Shown: one piece after another, positions 26,082 through 30,868 of the stretch
Numbering within the stretch: position 1 is the first letter of the stretch
Layout of the letters: every line of letters starts with the position of its first letter
Source of the DNA: an uncultured Candidatus Saccharibacteria bacterium
Lineage (GTDB): Bacteria; Patescibacteriota; Andersenbacteria; UBA10190; CAIZMI01
Length of the DNA stretch: 30,868 bases
NCBI GenBank assembly: GCA_964372305.1
Contig: CAYJQK010000003.1
Coordinates: forward strand, 1 to 30,868
Direction of reading: 5' to 3'
Made by a program: the position numbers and the translations under genes
The notes under the pieces: generated by a model
Told to the model about the DNA's origin: nothing
Seen by the model: the letters and a program-made list of their open reading frames with translations, nothing else
Databases searched by the model: none

Positions 26082-26956
26082 TGACGTCGCAGCGTATAGA
26101 AGACTTTACCGGCGACCCGGAGGTCGAGGTACAAGAGATTTTCTCGGTCCTTGGAATCAATACGTTCCGCAAACACCTTCTCGAGAATCATGAGTTGATC
26201 ATTGAGCGACCGTGTCGTGTCCAGAAGGAGCGTCCAGCCCTCATTCGTGAGAACGTGGAACTCTTCCGCGCCAACGGCGGGGATCGTGATTTCTTTTGCC
26301 ACGAGGTGAAACCGCTCCGGCAACAAGGCAATGACGTCATGGAGCATCGTCAGCACCGTGCCGGACACTACTCGTTGTCCGAGTTCGACTCGAACGTCTT
26401 GGCGCGCGTCACGGACAACCGGCAGCGTATTTTCCCGCAGACGTTCAAGCGGCCATGCTTCAAGGACCATGCCTTCGGGATCCAGAGCGTAGTACGTCGT
26501 TCCGGCGAAGTATAACGCGACGGGAATCCTTTCCTGGAGCGCGACCCGGATCGTTCCTGGGAGTTTTCGGAGGACCTGCACGCTATGGATCGGCGGAAAA
26601 CGCCGCGGGAGTTCGGCCTCAAGGTCGGCGCGCGGCACAAGAAAAATGTTCGTCCGCCCAAAGAGCCGCGCCCGGGTGTCGACCTTTTCTCGGACGGCTT
26701 TGCGGACGGCCTCCGCAAGATCCGGACGCGCATCCAAAACCTCTATCGTGGTCACCACAAACGTGTCCGGGAAGAACGCGCTCACCACTCCCGCGCACAC
26801 GAGAAAGACGCCCGCGAGGAGTGTCCCCATGAGCCAACGACGCGATGCGCGCCGCTCAAGGATACGTTCCGCCGAATGCGCCGCCCAGGAAGGGCGAGCC
26901 TCGCGGCGGTGGGGATGCCGGATCTCCCCCACCACGCGAGAGACGATGTTCACCAC
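26078..26956 (-). CDS. ftsQ: FtsQ/DivIB-like cell-division protein
   Basis: Basic N-tail, one TM helix, POTRA-like segment (FPPIHSVQVLRKLPGTIRVALQER), C-terminal YLDLRVAGKVFY. Confidence 0.8.
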   Translation of the reverse strand: MVNIVSRVVGEIRHPHRREARPSWAAHSAERILERRASRRWLMGTLLAGVFLVCAGVVSAFFPDTFVVTTIEVLDARPDLAEAVRKAVREKVDTRARLFGRTNIFLVPRADLEAELPRRFPPIHSVQVLRKLPGTIRVALQERIPVALYFAGTTYYALDPEGMVLEAWPLERLRENTLPVVRDARQDVRVELGQRVVSGTVLTMLHDVIALLPERFHLVAKEITIPAVGAEEFHVLTNEGWTLLLDTTRSLNDQLMILEKVFAERIDSKDRENLLYLDLRVAGKVFYTLRRQ

Positions 26957-28221
26957 AGAGAGAGAGGAGTGAGTGTGGCGCGGCCAGGGAGGGATGGTCG
27001 AAGGACTTCGGGGATACCTACGGACCCGTCAGCGCGTTGGTGGTTCTCGAGAAGCGCAGCAATGGTCCGTCCAATAGCGAACGCGGTGCCGTTGACCGCG
27101 TGCGTGAGATGCGTCTCACCGTGCACATCGCGGAACGTCACGCCGAGCCGGCGTGTCTGAAAATCTGTTGTATTGCTTGTCGAATGGGTCTCACGATACT
27201 CCGCGCTGCCCGGCAACCAAGCTTCAATGTCGAACTTTGCCGCCGCCGGGTCGCCGAGGTCGCCCGTGCAGATGTTCAGAACGCGGTATGGAACTTCGAG
27301 CGCGTCCATGAGTTCCCGCTCGAGCGCCAAGAATTGTTCGTGCTCCGCTTGAGACTGGGATGGAGAGCAGAACGAGAACATTTCGACCTTATCGAACTGG
27401 TGGACACGGATGATGCCGCGGGTGTCTTTCCCATAGCTCCCCGCTTCGCGGCGGAAACAGGAAGAAAATGCCACATACCGTCGTGGAAGATCAGACTCGC
27501 GAAAGGTGACATCCCGATGTAACGCGCCGAGAGATTGCTCGGAAGTCGCCGCGAGAAATGTATCATCTTGTGTTCGATACATTTCTTCTTCACCGCGTTC
27601 GAGATACCCCATCGCGGCAAGACCTTCGCGCTTCAAGAGTGCCGGTGGAACCACGGGAATGAATCCATTGAGAGACAGCCGATCGAACGCAAAACGTACG
27701 AGGGCGAATTCCAGCAGTGCGCCGTCGCCGAACAGCGCGCCAAAGCGAGATCCAGAGGCGTTGGCCGCGTGTTGCGTATCAATAATCCCCAGATCTGTCG
27801 CGATATCCTGGTAGGACCGCGGCGAGAACCCAAGCGTTGGACGGGCTGTCTCCAGGAGCACGAGATTTTCCGAGGCATTCTTCCCAAGCGGTACCTGCGG
27901 CAGCGGCGGGTTTGGGATACGTCGGAGAAGCGTATCCCGTTCGGCGGACCGAAGACGGAGTTCCTCTTCAAGCGCAGCGAGCGACGCACGCTCATGCTTC
28001 AAGACCGCGATGCGTTCATCGCGCGCGCTCCCCGTAAGGCCCATGACATCCCGACTTCCGACGTTCAGCGCATGCCGACGCTCTTCAACCCGTACCGTCA
28101 GGTCCCGCCATTCTTGGTCCAGCGCACGAATCTTCCCAACATCAACATCCGAAACTCCTTTCGCACGGATGCTCTCGGCCAGACGGTCGGGATCGTTCCG
28201 AAGAAGCGCGAGATCAATCAT
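26950..28221 (-). CDS. serS: Serine--tRNA ligase
   Basis: MIDLALLR, IPNPP, ATSEQSL, CFRREAGSYGKDTRGIIRVHQFDKVE, KFDIEAW, ETHSTSN, NGTAFAIGR. Confidence 0.97.
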   Translation of the reverse strand: MIDLALLRNDPDRLAESIRAKGVSDVDVGKIRALDQEWRDLTVRVEERRHALNVGSRDVMGLTGSARDERIAVLKHERASLAALEEELRLRSAERDTLLRRIPNPPLPQVPLGKNASENLVLLETARPTLGFSPRSYQDIATDLGIIDTQHAANASGSRFGALFGDGALLEFALVRFAFDRLSLNGFIPVVPPALLKREGLAAMGYLERGEEEMYRTQDDTFLAATSEQSLGALHRDVTFRESDLPRRYVAFSSCFRREAGSYGKDTRGIIRVHQFDKVEMFSFCSPSQSQAEHEQFLALERELMDALEVPYRVLNICTGDLGDPAAAKFDIEAWLPGSAEYRETHSTSNTTDFQTRRLGVTFRDVHGETHLTHAVNGTAFAIGRTIAALLENHQRADGSVGIPEVLRPSLPGRATLTPLSLW

Positions 28222-29684
28222 GTGGTGCGGGATGGCCGAAAGAGCGGGAACGCAATGACATCTCGGATGTGCGCTTGATCGGCGAGAATCATCGTGAGGC
28301 GGTCTACGCCTAAGCCCCATCCTGCCGTCGGTGGTAACCCGATGCGGAGCGCGTCCAGGAACACCGTATCAATACGCTGCGCCTCAAAGTCGCCCTGCGC
28401 CCGGAGCGACTCCTGTTCGCGGAACCTCTGCTCCTGATCCACCGGGTCGTTCAACTCGGTGTACGCCTTCAAAAGTTCCATGCCTGCAACGAGAAGCTGG
28501 ACGCGCTGGACTAATGCCGGCGACCCCTCCACGCGTTTTGCCAGAGGTTCTAGCGATACCGGAAAGTCTCGCACGAGGACGGGATTCCAGGCCTCCTTAC
28601 GGACGGTCTCTTTGTACAACGCGTCGATGAGCGCGGGGAGATTCCGCGCGGCGGGAGACGAACTCCCCAGCCGTTCGAGGACCTTCCTATAGACCGCGGG
28701 GTCTTTTTCATGAAGAACATCAATCCCGGTTCTCTCCTTGAGCGCCGCGACGAATTGGATTTGCGGCCACGGCGGCGTGAAGTCGAGTTGCCGCCCACGG
28801 TAGACGATCGTCAGCCCGCCGCGGATCTCCCCTAAGAACGAACGGAAAAGTTCTTCGGTCAGCGGGATGAGATCATCCACGCGCGCGTACGCCAGGTAAC
28901 ATTCACACATCGTGAACTCCGGATTGTGCTGACGATCTACGCCCTCATTGCGAAAATTCCGCGAGACTTCAAACACGCGTTCTATTCCGCCGACGACGAG
29001 CCGCTTCAGATAGAGTTCTGGAGAAATGCGGAGGAAGAGGTCGAGATCGAGCGCGTTATGGTGCGTGGTAAAGGGCCGCGCCGTAGCGCCTCCGGGAATC
29101 GGCTGAAGCGTCGGTGTTTCCACTTCCAGAAATCCCCGCTCGGAGAAGAAACGGCGCAGCAGGGAAAGCACGCGACTCCGGATTTCCAGCACCAGACGCG
29201 CCGACGCATTCGCAATAAGATCAAGCTCTCGAGTTCGCGCGCGCGTCTCGTGATCCTGAAGCCCCGCCCACGTATCCGGTAACGGCGTGCGTGCCTTTGT
29301 CAGCAGTGCCCAAGAGTTCACCGAAACGGTATGCTCCCCTGTCCGTGTTTTCTCCACGGGACCTGTGAGGGCGACAATATCGCCAATGTCCGTGGCGTCA
29401 AGGAGGCGGTACCGGTCATCACCGATCCGGTCACGCTTCACGAGCCCCTGGATTTTTCCGGATTGATCCACGACATCAAGAAATATCGAGCCCCCGTGAC
29501 TGCGCTTCCCGAGCATCCTTCCGGCAACGGTGACTTCGGCCTTGGAGGAGATGAGTTCCGCCGCATCACGATGGATCTCTGCCGCACGATGAGTACGACC
29601 GTGCCACGTCGGGTACAACGGAACTTGAGCGTCTTCCAGACGCTGGATATGTTCCTCACGCGCTGCTCGAAGATCTTCTCGCAC
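28218..29684 (-). CDS. lysS: Lysine--tRNA ligase (class II)
   Basis: VAGRM..R.HG, FLEVETP, GGATARPFTTHHN, LRISPELYLKRLVVGG, FRNEG...HNPEFT, ELNDP, GLPPTAGWGLGVDRL. The GTG start at 29684 was chosen from the promoter geometry. Confidence 0.96.
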   Translation of the reverse strand: MREDLRAAREEHIQRLEDAQVPLYPTWHGRTHRAAEIHRDAAELISSKAEVTVAGRMLGKRSHGGSIFLDVVDQSGKIQGLVKRDRIGDDRYRLLDATDIGDIVALTGPVEKTRTGEHTVSVNSWALLTKARTPLPDTWAGLQDHETRARTRELDLIANASARLVLEIRSRVLSLLRRFFSERGFLEVETPTLQPIPGGATARPFTTHHNALDLDLFLRISPELYLKRLVVGGIERVFEVSRNFRNEGVDRQHNPEFTMCECYLAYARVDDLIPLTEELFRSFLGEIRGGLTIVYRGRQLDFTPPWPQIQFVAALKERTGIDVLHEKDPAVYRKVLERLGSSSPAARNLPALIDALYKETVRKEAWNPVLVRDFPVSLEPLAKRVEGSPALVQRVQLLVAGMELLKAYTELNDPVDQEQRFREQESLRAQGDFEAQRIDTVFLDALRIGLPPTAGWGLGVDRLTMILADQAHIRDVIAFPLFRPSRTT

Positions 29685-29753
29685 GAGCGTATCGTAGCGG
29701 GAGACGAGGCCTTGAGGCAACTCTTCTTCCTTTTCTCCCCGCTGATGAAGTTT

Positions 29754-30059
29754 CTAGCTCTTGAAAACCGCCCTCTCGAGAACCTCGACGCGGCGTTCGA
29801 GCTGTCTATGCGCAACCGTTCGTTCCTGCGATTCCTTCTCCGTGTTCTTCAGAAGATGGTCCATGTTCGTCAAGATCAGGCCGACATCTTCCCTTATTCT
29901 CCTGACGTCCGTCTTCAGTACGGCGACGTCCGTCTTCAGTACGGCGACGTCACGTTCGAGATTGGCGACCTTGCCCCCAAGAGCCCCCACTTCCTTTGTG
30001 AGCGGTTTGAGTTCCTCCTTGACGATTGCGCGAACGTCGTCCTTCGTGAGACCTATCAT
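29754..30059 (-). CDS. Small coiled-coil protein with heptad repeats
   Basis: EVGALGG-KVANLER-DVAVLKT-DVAVLKT-DVRRIRE, ending LERRVEVLE. The start is preceded by TGTGG-TAATAT-N6. Confidence 0.75.
   Translation of the reverse strand: MIGLTKDDVRAIVKEELKPLTKEVGALGGKVANLERDVAVLKTDVAVLKTDVRRIREDVGLILTNMDHLLKNTEKESQERTVAHRQLERRVEVLERAVFKS
29904..29951. repeat. 21-bp tandem repeat (2.3 copies), coding
   Basis: GACGTCCGTCTTCAGTACGGC twice plus GACGTC. Each unit encodes one heptad. Confidence 0.95.
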
Positions 30060-30190
30060 CCTGCAATATTACCACAGGCGAGAAATCCTGTCCCACGCAT
30101 CACGCGCTCCCGAAGCAAGAGCCGCGAGACCAGAGGAGAAAGCGATGAACGAAACCCCGCGTCGCCATCACTGCCTCGAGAGGATGCGCA

Positions 30191-30652
30191 CTACTCCACG
30201 TTCACGACTTTGACACTCCGATTTCCACCCGGTGTACGTACGGATACCTCATCACCCACCCGTTTGCCGAGGAGTGCGTGCCCCAGCGGGGACTCATTGG
30301 AAATCCTCCCTTGGGCGGGATTTGCCTCGCTCGCGCCAACGATCGTGTACGTCGCTGCGCCGGCGCTCGTGTTCAAGGTAACCGTCTTACCCACTTCAAT
30401 ATCCGTGGACGCCGACTTCTGAACAACCTCCACATTCTTGAGCATTGCCTCGAGCTCCACAATGCGCTGTTCAACGATACCCTGCTCTTCCTTCGCATCA
30501 ACATATTCCGCGTTCTCCGACAGATCCCCTTGTTCTTTTGCGGACTGGATTGCCTCCGCAATTTTCTTACGTCGAACCGTTTTCAGGAGGTTCAGTTCTT
30601 CCTGAAGTTTCTTTAATCCGTCTTCGGTCATGAGCATTTTCTTCTGATTCAT
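30191..30652 (-). CDS. greA: Transcription elongation factor GreA
   Basis: MTEDGLKKLQEEL, AKEQGDLSENAEY..AKEEQ, YTIVGASEANP..GRISNESPLG.ALLG. Confidence 0.96.
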   Translation of the reverse strand: MNQKKMLMTEDGLKKLQEELNLLKTVRRKKIAEAIQSAKEQGDLSENAEYVDAKEEQGIVEQRIVELEAMLKNVEVVQKSASTDIEVGKTVTLNTSAGAATYTIVGASEANPAQGRISNESPLGHALLGKRVGDEVSVRTPGGNRSVKVVNVE

Positions 30653-30777
30653 CTTGTCATGCGTTACGAACAAACAATAATTGCCAACGGAAAATCCCTG
30701 TTGCGTCTCACCGACTTTATCCTGTCACCGACCATTGACAGTGACAAACATCGCCACTTGACGTTGGACGAAAGTGG

Positions 30778-30806
30778 ATGGTATACGCGTCATCCATAGA
30801 CGTCAA
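30778..30806 (-). promoter_or_regulatory. Promoter candidate for greA
   Basis: TTGACG (30806-30801), N17, TACCAT (30783-30778). Confidence 0.55.
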
Positions 30807-30813
30807 GAGCAAT

Positions 30814-30868
30814 TGTAACGCCAAGATAGTAATGTCCTCTCATGGCCAAAATAGAAATGTCCTCTCCG
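30814..30868. mobile_element. Terminus of an IS (IS1202/IS21-like end) running off the window
   Basis: Begins with TGT (30814) and carries two 22-bp direct repeats GCCAA(G/A)ATAG(T/A)AATGTCCTCTC at 30820-30841 and 30845-30866. Confidence 0.6.

Noticed and set aside
4661-26084. Many long ORFs antisense to or overlapping real genes (e.g. 4661-5674, 5625-6689, 9127-10098, 11625-12782, 14789-16045, 21080-21790, 25167-26084)
   Set aside because: They lie opposite recognisable genes, are Arg/Pro/Gly-rich and have no motifs. They are typical shadow ORFs of GC-rich DNA.
30140-30180. GCGATGAACGAAAC segment resembling a hammerhead core or a fluoride riboswitch start
   Set aside because: The core is not CUGANGA, stem II is missing, and the conserved fluoride-riboswitch elements are absent.
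29904-30866. Repeats considered as a possible CRISPR array
   Set aside because: The 21-bp repeat is contiguous and coding, the 22-bp pair has only a 3-nt gap, and there are no spacers or cas genes.

Overview
A mostly GC-rich bacterial window whose gene set suggests Patescibacteria/CPR (Parcubacteria-like). This is inferred from the split transketolase, the MurF with an N-terminal membrane extension and lineage-typical hypothetical proteins. Left to right it holds: an AT-richer patch (IS5 remnant, SAM methyltransferase) on the 3' side of tRNA-Lys; a pseudo-receiver protein; fmt; an rpiB-rpe-tktN-tktC non-oxidative pentose phosphate operon; an SDR; a minus-strand run of umuD-like, Y-family polymerase, HD hydrolase, DUF296, YbhB, hldD-like and EamA genes; a subtilase; a complete rve-type IS (imperfect IRs, 5-bp TSD, nonsense-inactivated transposase); two small membrane proteins; tRNA-Gln; DUF5674; dnaX; GtrA; a coupled lysS-serS-ftsQ-hydrolase-murF-degT-femAB operon; greA; and an IS end at the right edge. 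The best leads are: (1) a UmuD-like protein with both catalytic residues replaced, coupled to a Y-family polymerase under a palindromic operator candidate; (2) a recurring -10 box exactly 6 nt before start codons, implying leaderless mRNAs even for dnaX and lysS; (3) a 179-bp MITE that landed on an ATGA stop/start junction and preserved both genes; (4) an HldD-type heptose epimerase beside the pentose phosphate genes in a lineage thought to lack LPS; (5) a DegT + FemAB + MurF module coupled to tRNA synthetases. All family assignments come from motif recognition by eye; no database searches were run.
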